In this document: piece by piece, positions 43,117-57,832 of the stretch
How positions within the stretch are numbered: the first letter of the stretch is position 1
Layout: each line of letters starts with the position of its first letter
Origin: Octopus vulgaris
Lineage: Eukaryota
NCBI GenBank assembly: GCA_951406725.2
Contig: OX597832.1
Coordinates: 8,742,001-8,806,000, forward strand
Length of the DNA: 64,000 nt
Reading direction: 5' to 3'
Notes under the pieces: model-generated
The model's database searches: none
Seen by the model: only the letters and a program-made list of their open reading frames with translations
What the model was told of the DNA's origin: nothing
Translations under genes and position numbers: made by a program

Positions 43117-43275
43117 TACAACAACAACAACCGCGAAAAATACCTTAGGAATGAGAACCCAGGTATGAAATTTCCCCCCTAGGCACCTGATGAAGGCTGG
43201 AGGATATATCAGCCGAAACGCTGTGTTAACAACAAACAACATGACGACAAATATCCGTCAATTGTAAATAATGTA
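42381..43275 (+). mobile_element. Penelope/Poseidon-type PLE 3' remnant: GIY-YIG endonuclease, tRNA-like boxes, hammerhead
   Basis: KNCVYSIPCSCVTLYKGETCRPLK/RVENHRKAV...SGIADHVW...WDEVKI...LKEAAH (frameshifted); CUGAUGA at 43187. Confidence 0.85.
43183..43226 (+). ncRNA. Minimal hammerhead motif in PLE 3' region
   Basis: GCAC-CUGAUGA-A-GGCUG(10 nt)CAGCC-GAAAC-GCU-GUGU; the triplet GCU lacks the required U. Confidence 0.7.
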
Positions 43276-43454
43276 AACTGTGTGTGGATGATGCTTCCTC
43301 GGCCTAAGTGTTTATTATAAACGTATTGTCCTGAAATGTCTCCCACCTATGTAGGTTTTTTTCATTGTTAGAATTACTCGTAATAAATGCAAACAGAAAT
43401 ATCCAGATAATATAAAGAGGGTTCAGAAATGAAACGCCATTCCTAATAATACTG

Positions 43455-43660
43455 ATTTGAATTTTTGAACGAGGTCAACAATTTGAAGCGAGAGGATAAG
43501 TCGATTAAATCGACCCCAGCGTCCAACTGGTATTTATTTCATCGACCCGTCAAAGGATGTAAGGCAAATCGACCTCGGCTGAATTTGAACTCAGAACGTA
43601 AAGACGGACGAACTAACGCAAACCATTTAGCCCAGCGTGCTGGCTACCATAATGGCTCCG
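43455..43660 (-). mobile_element. SINE family A, degenerate
   Basis: aagtcgattaaatcgaccccag...gaatttgaactcagaacgt. Confidence 0.8.
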
Positions 43661-43785
43661 AATAATATCTATTAATAATAATATAATAGAATATTTTAAA
43701 GCATCAAATGTTTAAGAATCGAATGTTTCAGGCGACTGGAAAAAAATTAAGAATCAAATGACTATGGGATTCAAGTAAGATTTAT

Positions 43786-43965
43786 AGGCGTAGGAGTGGC
43801 TGTGTAATAAGTAGTTTGCTCACGAACCATATGGTTCCGGGCTCAGTCCCATTGCGTGGCACCTTGGGCAAGTGACTTCTACTATAGCCTCGGGACGACC
43901 AAAGCCTTGTGAGTGGATTTAGTAGACAGAAACTCAAAGAATCCAGTCGCATATATATATGTATG

Positions 43966-44045
<80 letters not shown>

Positions 44046-44270
44046 TGTGTGTGTGTGTATGTTTGTGTGTCTCTGTTTGTCCCCTTAACATCGCTTGACA
44101 ACCGATGCTGGTGTGTTAACGTCCCCCGTAACTTAGCGGTTCGGCAAAAGAGACCGATAGAATGAGTACTAGGCTTACTAAATAATAAGTCCCGGAGTCG
44201 ATTTACTCGACTAAAGGCGGTGCTTCATCATGGCCACAGTCACATGACTGAAACAAGTAAAAGAGTAAAA
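43786..44270 (+). mobile_element. Full-length SINE family B
   Basis: aggcgtaggagtggctgtg head through gactgaaacaagtaaaagagtaaaa tail. Confidence 0.92.
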
Positions 44271-44689
44271 GGCGTAATGTCCACAGAGCAATCGATACGA
44301 TCTACAGGTAGAAACAAAATTGTTGGCGAACAGGTAAAAGTTAACTGTTGCTGTAGAGTGCTGTACTAACATTCATATTCCATATAGTGTACTATATGTA
44401 ACCAATACACTAATCCATACCAGTTCATACTCTGATGCTGCTCGAGTGATTTAGACTTCGTCATTTGCAGAAATATTTTCACCGTATTTATTATTGTATG
44501 TGCGACATTCCCGTCAACAACATACTTTTTATTAGCATTAATCATTGTTAATATCGTTGTCATCAGAAACAGCATTATCAACAGCGTTATCGCTGCCATC
44601 TTTTTGATCATCTTAATCACTGACGTTGTCACATGGAATATGAACAAGATCTCTTGGAATGATTATTAACGTAATAATCGTTGCGATCA

Positions 44690-44767
44690 TCACGATAGTG
44701 ACGGTGATGATGATGATGATGATGATGTTGATGATGATGAGGATGATGATGAAGGTGATGATGAAGG

Positions 44768-44802
<35 letters not shown>

Positions 44803-44931
44803 GTCATGATGATGATTAAGATGATGATGATGATGATTAAGATGATGATGATTAAGATGATGATGGGGATGATGATGACGATGATGATGATAATGATGAT
44901 GATGATGATGATGATGATGATCGTGATGATA

Positions 44932-44969
<38 letters not shown>

Positions 44970-44991
44970 GATGATGATGATGAAGATGATA

Positions 44992-45026
<35 letters not shown>

Positions 45027-45069
45027 AATGATGAAGGTGATGATGATGATTATGATGATCGTGATGATA

Positions 45070-45101
<32 letters not shown>

Positions 45102-45160
45102 GATGATGATGATGAAGATGATAATGATGATGATGATGATGATGATGATAATGATGAAGG

Positions 45161-45198
<38 letters not shown>

Positions 45199-45662
45199 TT
45201 GATGATGTTGAATATGATGATGATGATAATGATGACGATGATGATGATGATGATAATGATGATAATGATGATGATGATGATGATGATGATGTTGTTGATG
45301 ATGTTGAAGATGATGATGATGATAATGATGACGATGATGATGATGATGATAATGATGACGATGATGATAATGATAATGATGATGATGATCATGGGGAATA
45401 TGATGATGATGATTACGGTGACGACAACCAAGTCGACGGCAATGATGACGATGACGATTATGAAAATTTTGACCAACATGACAATAATCGTCGTCATCAT
45501 CATCGCTGTCATCATTTCTCTCACCATCATCAACATGTCTCAACTTTATGACAATTGCCATTGGCCAGGAGGACCTTTATTATGATAATGATGAAATTAA
45601 TGACTTTTCAGGGGACAGTGATGATAATGACGATGTTTATGATGATGATGATGACGATGATA

Positions 45663-45733
<71 letters not shown>

Positions 45734-46222
45734 GATGATGTCCACGATGAACATCATCACCATTAAAAATATTATTGTTATCATTATAATCGCCACTGCA
45801 CTAACACCACTACCGTCAATACTACCACTATCACGAACAGCACAATCCCCACCGCAAGCATTACCGCTGTCATCAACATCAATATCATCATTACCTTTGC
45901 CATTATCGCTAACACCTTACCCGTCTTCTGCTTCTACATCCCCATCCGCATTGACCGCCATGACACTGACGCCCACGTACCTCCACTTCTCATCGACACC
46001 ACCACCATCATCATTCTGAATATGATAATAATCATCATGCGTTTTATCCGCTGTATTCAACATCGTCATCCTAAAGACGGGATGATGAATTAGATGTGTA
46101 AGAGCAGGGCCGCCACCGGCGATGGTCTTCATGAATGTGATGGCCATGATGATGATGACGACGATAATGATGATAATGATGATGATGATGATGAAGACGA
46201 TAATCATAATGATGATAATGAA

Positions 46223-46254
<32 letters not shown>

Positions 46255-46310
46255 CGACGACGACAACGACGACGACGACGACGACGATGATGATGATGAT
46301 GATGATGATG
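44690..46310. repeat. Large degenerate (GAT)n/(GAC)n trinucleotide field
   Basis: Arrays at 44690-45410, 45580-45745 and 46140-46310. Confidence 0.95.
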
Positions 46311-46489
46311 AGAATGGTGAATATGGGAACAAGGTAGTGGACGAGGAAGGAAAAAGGAACTGATAAAAGTGATTAATCGACGCCAGAGCCTGAAAAACAA
46401 TTAAACATCGGACATATAGAAATGTACCAGATGTGATAAAACCAGACAAATACACAGGAATACGCATATGCATACACGCACACACACGA

Positions 46490-46538
<49 letters not shown>

Positions 46539-46700
46539 ATCTAAAATATACATATATATATGTATATAAATATACATGTCTATACATATATACACACACG
46601 CGCACACACACATACACACACACATATATATATAAACATCCATGTATATACATACATATATACATGCCTATATATACATATATAAATATGTATATATATA

Positions 46701-46752
<52 letters not shown>

Positions 46753-46845
46753 AGCATATACTCAAGCCTAAGCATGTAAGCCTTGTGCGTATATGTTTCT
46801 GTGTGTGAGTTTGTTTATGTTTATACATGCACATATAAAGGCACA

Positions 46846-46983
<138 letters not shown>

Positions 46984-47580
46984 CATTCATCCATGCGTAC
47001 ATATACACATATAAATGTATGTGTATATGTGTGCGAGCATGTGCAAGTGTATATGTGTATGTCTCTCTAGTAAATTAGCCAAATCATTACTATTAAATAA
47101 TTCACCACTAACGTGCTGGTCACAGCTTGCAGCCTGGCTGTAAAAACATACATTGCTGTATTAGCATAGCATGATCTTTGTTTCATTGTTTTTCTATCAT
47201 ATCATAGCAGCATAGCGTGGCATGCTGCCAAATGTCCTATCACTTACACCATCTCGTTAAGATTAATTAAGTCGATCCATGGGATATTGACTGCTTTTCC
47301 CGTTGTGCGTACAAATGCTTTCCTTCTCGAATATATCTCTGACGACATTTTGTAGCTAAATATTAGTTTATTAGTGGCGTCGTTCTAATAAGTTTTAACT
47401 GGTAACCAGTTATTTTCCAGGACATAGGACTGGTGATGTCAGTTATATAGTTCATCACCTCTGGCCTGTTAATTATGCACATATCTCCAATATATATTAA
47501 TCCCTTCAAAAACAGTTCATGTGTTATTTAAATGTCAAACAATTATATTTTAAACACGCAGTACCACTGGCTGTTAAATA

Positions 47581-48146
47581 TTGGACTGTCCGGAAAGTTC
47601 ATGCCGATTTTTAAAGGAAAGAAAAAGGACTATAAATACATGCCATTACATTTTCAATCAACTAAATATGAACCATTTTGTTGCATAATGGGTCTCCATC
47701 TTGCCTTTAACTTGAAAATACCCTCCTCCCAGAATTGAGGTAGTTTCATGGCAAAGAATTCATCAAGGTATAGTTTTTACGTCATCCAAATAATTTAAAA
47801 TTTTGCCATTAAGACTATTCTGCAGAGACCTGAATAATGGAAATCCGAAGGAACAATATCTGGTGAATATGGACGGTGGGGTAACACATCCCAGCCGAGC
47901 TGCAGCAATTTTTGCCTGGTTCCCAAAGCATCAAGTACGGAAAATGAACTTTCTTATCTTTCATTTCAAAGGGTTACAAAATTAACACATGTTATAGGAA
48001 CATAAATCTTCTTCCATGAAAAGATATCTTACACTGTGCTCTAAATGGAGGTGTAGTCAAATCCTATTTTATGGACTCAAACATGTTCTAAAATAAGTCG
48101 AAAGGTAAGCTACTATAACTCGGCACGAACTTTCCGGACAACCCAA
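47581..48146 (-). mobile_element. Internally deleted mariner element
   Basis: 27-bp TIRs ttggactgtccggaaagttcatgccga / tcggcacgaactttccggacaacccaa (3 mismatches); TA on the left flank. Confidence 0.88.
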
Positions 48147-49194
48147 CAAGAGGAAACGATCTCACACAGATTAAGCTAATTTCAAGTAGATTTGAAACTG
48201 TAGAATTTATATATGAATTGGGGATACACACATCGTTTCAGTGCATATAGTTAATAGATTCTAGTCTTTGGTAGCCATCTATAGTGCTGTTTCAATTTTC
48301 ATAGGAATCATCTGCGTGTCATAACTTGTCGCAAATCAAACAAGATAAATTCAACATTTTACAAAAGTAGCCATTTCTTATAGAGAATATAGTTTATATT
48401 TCAAAAGACATCATTAATGTTATTTTATTACTAATTTTTTCTCGGGTAAAAATTAAAATATATTCTGTAATTGCAAGCTATATGAGGTGCAGCAAATGAG
48501 CAAAACAGCAAACGAAACAAATAAAGGATCTGTTAATTTCTGTTCCATAATTGTATAGAAATAATCCAGATAACTTTAGTCACAAGACTTTAAATTTAGG
48601 GGGATAGTGTTTTCGATTACATTGATCCATACGTAAATAGAACTTTATTTTTTTGTCTTTTGGTGTTAATTGTTTGAAATTGTTGTCAGGTACATGTTTT
48701 GTGTTGGTGTAAAAGATCCGCTTCTGCAAATAATCTGCCCAATAACAGAGATTTGCCTTTGAGTTGGTTAACTTTAAACAGATGACCATTTCAGTGGTTG
48801 ACGATATGTGCATCAATGAAAACGAACCGAAGTGGGTGAGTGTCACAGCCATGTGTCGAGAGAAATACTTTGGGCTCCAAATAATTCACCACTAGAAACA
48901 TAGGTGTTACGTACATCATTCTTAAACAAACCTTATTCAGAGACCTTTTAAACGGTATGGGCTCCTCGACCTAAAGGAAATTCTTACTGGGTCCCACCTG
49001 CAAGGACATGCCCTGTTTATCTTGATATGAGATCACCATTTCGCGTACATATGTTTGTGATGCGTGTACCTTGTACACCGTTATCAGAGAGGCAGTCATG
49101 ATAGATTTATTGGGTTTCGTTTATAAAAGTGACACCAGTGTCACTTTGATGGCATGTGCTGCTCTCTCAATCAATGATAATAATAATAATAATA

Positions 49195-49241
<47 letters not shown>

Positions 49242-49246
49242 AATAA

Positions 49247-49287
<41 letters not shown>

Positions 49288-49304
49288 TGATGCTGGTGAT
49301 GATG

Positions 49305-49367
<63 letters not shown>

Positions 49368-49380
49368 GTAATAATAATAA

Positions 49381-51315
49381 CAGGGAAAAGGAAAGGTGGA
49401 ACACAATAGAAAAACAGATATGGCCCACCATCAAATGCCAAAATAACATGGACACACCGAGGAGAACCAGCAACTGGAAAACTCCAGGGACAGAAAATGT
49501 ATCCAACTTCTGGTTGAATCAGTACCCATAACCACTTATTAGCAGCGTTCAATTTACTGATAAGTGAGCCAGAATCAAGGCCAACTGGATGCTGGAAGGG
49601 CAAACCACCCTCACTCCCCCCAAACAAAACAGCACACCTTCAAAATTATAGACCAATAACATGCCTATCAACATCTTAAAAATATCCTAACATCAGCCAT
49701 CTAACACCGACTTATAAAGCACCTAGGAAACAACAACGTCTTACCAGAAGCGGACTGTAAGAGGAGAAAGACAAAAATGAACATTACTTGTATTGATTAC
49801 CAGAAAGAATTCGAGAGTGTTCCACACTATTTCTCCCCACACATATAAGGTAGCCCCACCAGTACTAAAATATATTAAACATGCAATGGCAAACTGGAAA
49901 ACCAGTATAGCATTAAAAAATGACGCACATGTTATTAAAACCTACACTATATCCATAAGAAGACGGGATGTTCCAGGGAGAGTCATTGACACCCCTGCTT
50001 TCTGCCTTTCTCTGACCCCGCCAACAAACCTGTGAAAGGAAACTACCATGGGATATAGGTGCTACAGATAAGAAAATAAGTCATCTCCTGTGCATAGATA
50101 ACCTAAAACTTTACAATAAAAGCACCGTGGAACACAGAAAACTTATCAAAATAAAAATTACTCATTTTTTAGCAACGGCATCGGAATGAGCATGGGGCTG
50201 GACAAATGTGCCAGAGTCACACTTAGAAGAGGCAAATTATTAACACTGAAAGCACTGTTCTATATATAGACACAGAAATTAGAGAATTAGAACACAAACG
50301 CCGATGCAAATATCTAGGAAAAATAAAAATAAAATCTACTTAAAATACATCACAGAAATGAAAAACAAAATTAGGAGAGAGTATTACAGAAGGGTTAGAC
50401 TTAATGCTAAAAATAAGATAAAATGGATAAACACGCCTGCCATACCAGTCATAAATAACAGTTTTAACATAATAAACTGTAAGGTCATTGAATTGAGAAA
50501 TCTAGATAGAGAAACCAGAAAACTACTAACAGCATACCGAACATATCACTCAAAAGCTGATGCAGACAGAATAAATCTATCCCGCTCAGAAGGAGGCTGT
50601 GATCTGATTTAGATAGAAAACTACTATAAAGTAACAAGAGTTAGACGAGCGGAGTACTTAGAACCAAATATTTCATGTAGTAAAGCAACATAACAAAAAG
50701 AAAATACATTTATCTTTAAAGCAAGGAGGCGACAAATTTCGAAAACGATACTGACACACTGACCTCAGACCCCAACATAGAAGAAATGGTCAGAGAGGCA
50801 AAAAACTTCAAAACTGAATAAGAAAATATACGGAAGAAAAGCGGGAGACAAAAATTACTTCTTGGCCAATATCTTACAAGGTTTGACAGAGACGAAGTGA
50901 GCCTAAGTAAAAGCCAACATTGGCTGCAAAGCTCTGGACTAAAAGCCGAAATGGAAGGACTGATTCTTGCCGCACAAGACCAATGTCTGTCAACGAACAA
51001 GTATAAAAACAAAATATTGAAAACGGGCCTCAAAATCAAATGTAGAATGCGCAACCAGCACAATAAAGCAGTTGACCACATCATCTCGGGCTGCCCCGTC
51101 CTTGCCAAGTCTGAATGTGTAGACACAAACAATTAAAAGTTACAACCAGTGGATAATATGCTAATATTAAAACATCAAAACTGACTGCAAGTGGTATAAG
51201 CATAAGCCAAACGAAGTACAACAAAACGCTCAGGGTACAATCATCTGGAATATGCCAGTTCAATCCAACAAAGAAATAAAAGCTAATCGCTCTGACATAG
51301 TAGTCAAGGATTGGG
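49381..51315 (+). mobile_element. Degenerate R4/Dong-like (RLE-type) LINE next to (TAA)n
   Basis: NYRPITCL; ISHLLCIDNLKLY; GLDKCARVTLRRGKL; LNAKNKIKWINTPAIPVI; HWLQSSGLKAEMEGLILAAQDQ; CRM...DHIISGCPVLA; KEIKANRSDIVVKD. Confidence 0.88.
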
Positions 51316-54213
51316 GGAAAATGATCTATTAAAATGACCTACTAAAATATATTAAACTTACAATGGCAAACTGGAGAACCAATATAACATTAAAAAATGA
51401 CTCGCAGGTTACTTAAATCTAATCTATACCCATAAGGAGAAGGATTTTCTAGGGAGACTAACTCTCGCCCCTGCTTTTCCGCCAGCATTTCTTTTTTGTA
51501 GTGAAGGATGGACCGATGCCTTGTGCATTCAGCAAAAAATTATAAGACTGGTGTAGTACCTTAAATAAACCATATGAGAAGCCTCAAAACATATGTATGA
51601 CTTCATGGCAGTGGAAATACAAAGGGCGTTTTCGTTGAAGAAGTTTAATTGCGTACATGGTGTTGGAATGTTGAGAATTCTATTTCCAAACTCACATACG
51701 GGATTAAAATGATAGGTGTAATTGTGAAGGTAGAAACGGAAAGTTTGAAACCGCACAAATCATTCGTAGGTTTCACGAAATCTGAATAAAGTCTGTTATA
51801 ATAATCAACTGGTTGTGGGTAGCTGACGCTTTGTTACTTTCGCCAGCGAATTTACTTTGTTAAACAAGAGTAATTTTGATTATTATTATTGGTTTCTCGC
51901 GGTTTATTAATCTGAATTAGTTATTTAATTATCTATATATTAAATGTGATAACACCAGCAACACCAGCTATCCGTTAACAGACGTGAAACAGAATACAAT
52001 GAGTATTTGCTGGTTTTCCATAATTCAACATGGCCAGAGAGAGACAAACCAGTTATGATTGGTGTTTAGCCCTAATTGAATAAATTCTGATCTAAAGCAG
52101 AAATGGGGTACATTTTACAGCCGCTGGCCTTATGAGATATTTTTCATCATATATCAGGTCGTGCCTTTAAACGAATAATTAATGAATACTGTATACAATG
52201 ACACAAATCAATGAAAGCATTAATAAGTGAAAAATGGGTTGGGAAAGAACTGACATTTTCCAATTAACAGATTAACAGTGTCTTACCAGAATACTATGTT
52301 ACAAAACGTTAGTTAAAAGAAATTGTGTTTAAATAATCATGAAGTTACTTGTACCAAACAATAAGTTGTGAAAATCCAATGATTGCTCATGTTTCTTGTC
52401 AGAAATTTTGTGACCAACTACTATTTCTACGAGGTAAAATTACTCTGTCCTCAATAGAAAATATGCGTTATATTTTTTCTGAAACATTCTGAAGCAATTT
52501 CGAGAAAAAACGAAAGCTTTTTCTAATAGGTTGTGGACGGCATAAAGGTTAAATCATTGGTTTGTTCAATTCAGTTTCAGTGCACAACGATCAAATTTAA
52601 ACTGAGTATATAAATTCAAATTGAATTATTTCCAATGATTAGATTTTGCATTAAAGAGTTTCCGTGAAAATCCCTATTTCAGAATTAATTTGTTAATAAA
52701 TGTCGCTAGTAGAAATAAATAAGTGAAGCTGAATGATATACAATCCACTTGCCAAGACGGAAATAAGAATAAATTTTGTGCTTCCTTGACAAGAGTTGCA
52801 GATAGAAACTGCAAGAGTCGCACACACTCACACACATGCATACCGGTACACATAAATGGAAGTGAAAATGCATATTGGTAGCAATTCAAATACAAACATA
52901 TAGATATATGCGTACAGTCTCTATCTCACACACACATGCAGGGGAACACACCACACACACAAACCCGCACGCACTCAGGCACAGACAGGCACACACACGC
53001 ACGCACACACACACATACACGTACACACAGAGACAGGCAGACAGACATACACACACATGAAATCTTTGAATAAATACAAAACAGATTTTCTTTCAAGAAT
53101 TTTGAATGTAAAACATAACACTCTTTGCATTCAAACATTTTCTTAATGGGTTGTAGTTATTAATTAGCTCTCTATATGTTCTTTTAAAATAACATCCATA
53201 ATATTATTAACATTGCAAGATCTCCAGTGGCTTATCTTTCGATAAAGCATGTGAGTGATGTTGGTCTGTTTCTCGAGCTCTTTATATTATATCCAAATGT
53301 ATCTTGAAAATTCTGTTATGACTAAATCATCATCGAGATATTTGAAATTATTCCACAGTGAATTTGATTATCTCACGAATGTGCATGAGTTGATTTTTCC
53401 TTAGTGTTTTGCCATTATTTTGCTATTACTATTGTTGGCACATTTCAGTTTTCCTTGTGTTGTTCAAAACAGGATGTTGGTTCTATCTATTAATAATTTT
53501 ATATCAAATTATATTACCGACATTGTACTGTAATCAATTTCGAAAGCACCTAAACTTAAATAGATGATCGACGGATGAAAATTCGTTGCTTGTATGTGTC
53601 AAATATAACCACGTTATATCTGACGATGTTGTGACAAAAAGCGTTTTCATCCTGGGATTTTATAACATTTTATAAATGGATAGTTAGCTCTAATGCCTGC
53701 GTTCAGCTTTAGATTATTGAATTATACATCCATCCGTTTCGTCTATCAAAGGTTTACCTGGATGTTACTTCTATAAAAAATATATTCATCTAATAAAATA
53801 CTTTATAAAGATGAATAAATTACTTCTCCGTAAATTCAAACTCTTCACCGATGTTCCACTATTACTAGGGTCTTATCACGAGTGTCTACTTCACTTGACC
53901 AATCTCAGAGAAGTCCGTAGCCAATCTGCTTGTTTGCATATTAAATTTTGTAGTTTCAGAGAAATGCAGCTGCTGATTGATATGCTCGGAACGTCTAACA
54001 ATTTATTTCGCATGAATGACCTGTCCAAATCGACTCCACGTCAATCAGTAAAACGATACATATATTTTTCTCCCAAGACTACAAACATTTGCTGAACAGC
54101 CTTAATCGAATTCCTCATCAGAGGTGATAACTAAAATACATGCATGCAGGAATGAATATTGACAAACATGCATATATTACACACTCATACATATATGCAT
54201 ATACATTCATCTT

Positions 54214-54300
<87 letters not shown>

Positions 54301-54501
54301 AAATGAAATAAAATTTTAATAAAATGAGAAAATGATAAAATATATAAATATATATATTTATTCAACGGTTTTGTCAATGTAATCAAGAAAAAAAACTTCT
54401 TAAAACATAAATATTCTTGAACAACGAAAACCGAGAAATTTTAAAAATTTTTCACATCATTTCTCCACGTGCGGTCAACACAACCCCACCATTTATTGAT
54501 C

Positions 54502-54543
<42 letters not shown>

Positions 54544-54544
54544 C

Positions 54545-54712
54545 ATATATAGTTAATCGAAACATGAACAAAGAGAAAACACAACGTGAGGAAGTGGAAT
54601 AAGTATAGTGTTATTGGACGCTCAAGAAAGGAAAGGATTACAGAAAAAAAGGAAAAGTCCAAGGAAGGGAAGGCGGAGAAAGAAAATCGCCAACGATACG
54701 CACGCGGTCAAA
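54545..54712 (-). mobile_element. PLE-like terminal fragment in (TA)n
   Basis: gtatagtgttattggacgctcaag resembles 14275-14297; bounded by TA repeats. Confidence 0.45.
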
Positions 54713-56171
54713 TACTGAATATATATCTATATATATATATATGTGATTGTATGTATGGTGAAAATAAGAATAAAAAGCGAAAATTTACATTGGATATCAA
54801 AAGAATAAAGGCTGTTTTATGAAAAGTATCGATAAATATATAAATATATACAATTAGATTAACTGAGGTAGAATTGAGACAAAAAGATGTCATTATTATG
54901 AATTGTTAAAGAGATTCAAAGTCATACCGCTATCGGCAGTTGGTGTTCACTGGCTTTGAATGCGCACCGATATCCAAACGGTGTTGGGTCTAGTTGTCCC
55001 CGAGTAAAAAGATTATGTGTAAGGGAGGTAAGTACTTCTGGACGTGGTGCAATTATGGTAAATATAGTACTGTTATATTAATGGTTTATGGGATGTATGG
55101 GATTTAGTGGTATTATTTGTAAGTTTAGTAGTGTTCGGTATTATGCTATGTGCTCATGTTTAGTTGTGGATTACATGTATTGATGAAAATTGCCGCTTTA
55201 TTCATTCTTTGCTGTACTGAGGTTTTCTGTGAACATTGATAGAAAGGGAAAATTTTATATATACATGCATGTGTGTGTGTGTGTGTGTCGTGTGTCTGTG
55301 TGTGTGTGTAGACTTGCAAATACATTCACGCATGAATATATTACAAATAACAATGACCCGTATCATGATATTCCAGTGAAATTTTCTATTTCATCCTAAA
55401 GCTAAACAATATGAGCTGCACTGTATTTTTGAATGGAGTCGACGTTTGCATTAATCAAACTCAGCAAACTATAAATGCGAATTTCTATAATTAAAATATA
55501 GAGAAATTACTGAAGATTGATTAAGATTTAATTACGTTTGATTTATTTTCATAGAATTTTATTTACATTTTGTAAAGTTTTATTTTTTCAAATTTACCTG
55601 TTCGATTTTTGTCATCAAATATTTCGGTTCTATTAATATTTATTTTGCATTTTTTTCATTATTTGTATTTATAACAACAACAGTGGCAGCAGCTAAAACA
55701 ACAACGACAACAACGACAACAACAACAACAAACACTAGCAATAATGAAGTAATAAAAAAATATAATGTGTACCTATGTATCTGTGCGTGAATGTATGCGC
55801 ATGCAATACTCATTGGAGCTTTTTATTGCTCGCCGTTCCTATTTGTTATGCCTGCAGGGATTTCTCACTGAAGTTTCGATAGGAGATTAAGATAAGACCT
55901 GACGACGATCATGAAACTCATGATGATGATGATGATAACGACAGTAATGACGATGACGATGATAATTTGTTGATGATGACAATGGTGATTCTTACTGTGA
56001 TATTAATGGAAATATGCTTCTACTGATTACAATGACCATATAGAGATTATTATGAAGAATTATTGCGAAATAGTTGATTTATGATTCAAGATATTTGGCT
56101 ATATGCATATCGCTGGTACTCTTGTGAATGGGTTTCAAATAAAGGCTTCTGCCAGTATCGATAATGCTTAC

Positions 56172-57179
56172 GATCATAGGGGTGAGACCAAAGGCATACG
56201 GTGTCTTTTGGACCCGGACAATGCTGTACCTAACCAAAAACTGCTGCACAAGCTGCGCTGAATGGGTAAGTGCGTTGTCATGGTGCAATTGCCACTCATC
56301 GGATGCATGCAATTGTGGCCTTTTCCGACGAATAGCATCCCATGTCATGGTAGCACGCTTGTTTACTGCTTGACCAGGCGGAGCATAATCATGATGAACA
56401 ATCCCCTTCTAGTCGAAGCAAACGGTCAACAATGTCTTCACATCGCTTCGACCCATTCGTGCTTTCTGGGAGATGTTGGGATTTTCCACTGCAAAATCTG
56501 ACCCTTTTTTTGTGTCATAGCCAGAGATCCACGATTCATCAGCCGTTTTAATTGTTTTCAAAAAGTTTTCATCGTTCTCGACACGGTCAAAGAGATCTTG
56601 TGCAACTGAAAACCGAGTGCTTAAAGCCGTTTTGGTACAAACTTCGCTGACACGCGTTTCATACCAAAATCTTCGGTGATAATGGGCTGAACTGAACCAT
56701 ATCTAATCTGCACACACTCTGATAACTCAGGGATGGTAATTCTGCGATTTCCCCTCACAGTTGCTCGCATATCTGCGATGTTATTCTTAGCTCTGCATGT
56801 TGCGGGTCTCCCAGAAGGTTCGTCAATATCGTCATATTTAGGCCACGTTGGAAACGTCTGAAACGCTCGTTCCCTCATATACTCCTCTTCCTAAACATTC
56901 TGCAATTTTGCGTGGACCTATGAGCAGGTATCACCAAGCTTTCGGCAAAATTGAGACAGATTGTCTGCTCTACTTTCTGCCATGGTGACTGCGAGGATCA
57001 CATGCTATACACGTACATTCCAAGCGCTGCTGTAAGCAGAGAAAGTGAGCTAGAACATTATAACTTAGTGCGCATGCACAACAACGTTCATGATCAATCT
57101 GTCTCAAACGATTTTAGTCTGCGTGCTTTACCTTCGTTACTATAGCAACAACTTGGATACTTATTGACGAGACTACGTA
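56172..57179 (-). mobile_element. Mariner transposase pseudogene, 3' truncated
   Basis: SGRPATC...VRGNRRITIPEL...GMKRVSAKFVPKRL and AIRRKRP...WQLHHDNALTH...PYAFGLTP; end tacgtagtctcgtcaataagtatcc. Confidence 0.9.
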
Positions 57180-57832
57180 CAGAAATTTTGCCTTTTCTTT
57201 TGGCACTGAATCTGACAACCATCCATAGGCCTTGCACTTAACGTATTACGCAAGTGATTAATTAACCTCTGCTATCGCTTTTGTCGTCATTCCTCTTCCC
57301 TTGATACTGTAGCTAAGATTTTTTTTCTTCTGTTACACCTCTTTTGGTAAGAGAGATGCGACGCTTGGTACATGCTTGGTAAATTCTTTTTTTGTCCCCT
57401 TCGTATGCGAAGTTGTTGATAATTTGCAGAACGACACAAGCGTATATATTTGGATCGTTCAACATCTACCATTGAATTTCTTACGAAACACTGATGAATT
57501 CAGTGCAGTATTACTTATATTCCTTCAATTGTTATGCTTATGAAAAGTATTGGGTAACATAACTGTTTTCAGTATATTATAGGCGTTACTTTGTGGTAAC
57601 AAGCTTGCTTCCAGATCATGTGAATTCAGGTTCCATCCTACACCGTGGCATTTGATAGAAAAAAAAAAAAAAATTATATATTGAAATTATACCATTTTAA
57701 GTTCTGGTTTTTGCTCTCCTATACTGTGGTACTTAACTGAAGAACCAGTGAAAATTGGATGTTTTGCATCCCTTTGAATGAAATTTCTTCCTTCGATTGA
57801 ATAATAATACTAATAATTATATATATATATAT

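Noticed and set aside
44613-45585. Three >300-aa ORFs (poly-His, poly-Ile, poly-Met)
   Set aside because: Stop-free frames of a (GAT)n array, with no flanking domain or splice evidence.
55899-55925. Hammerhead CUGACGA...GAAAC
   Set aside because: No pairing stem II, and it lies in a degenerate GAT/GAC tract, so it is probably chance.
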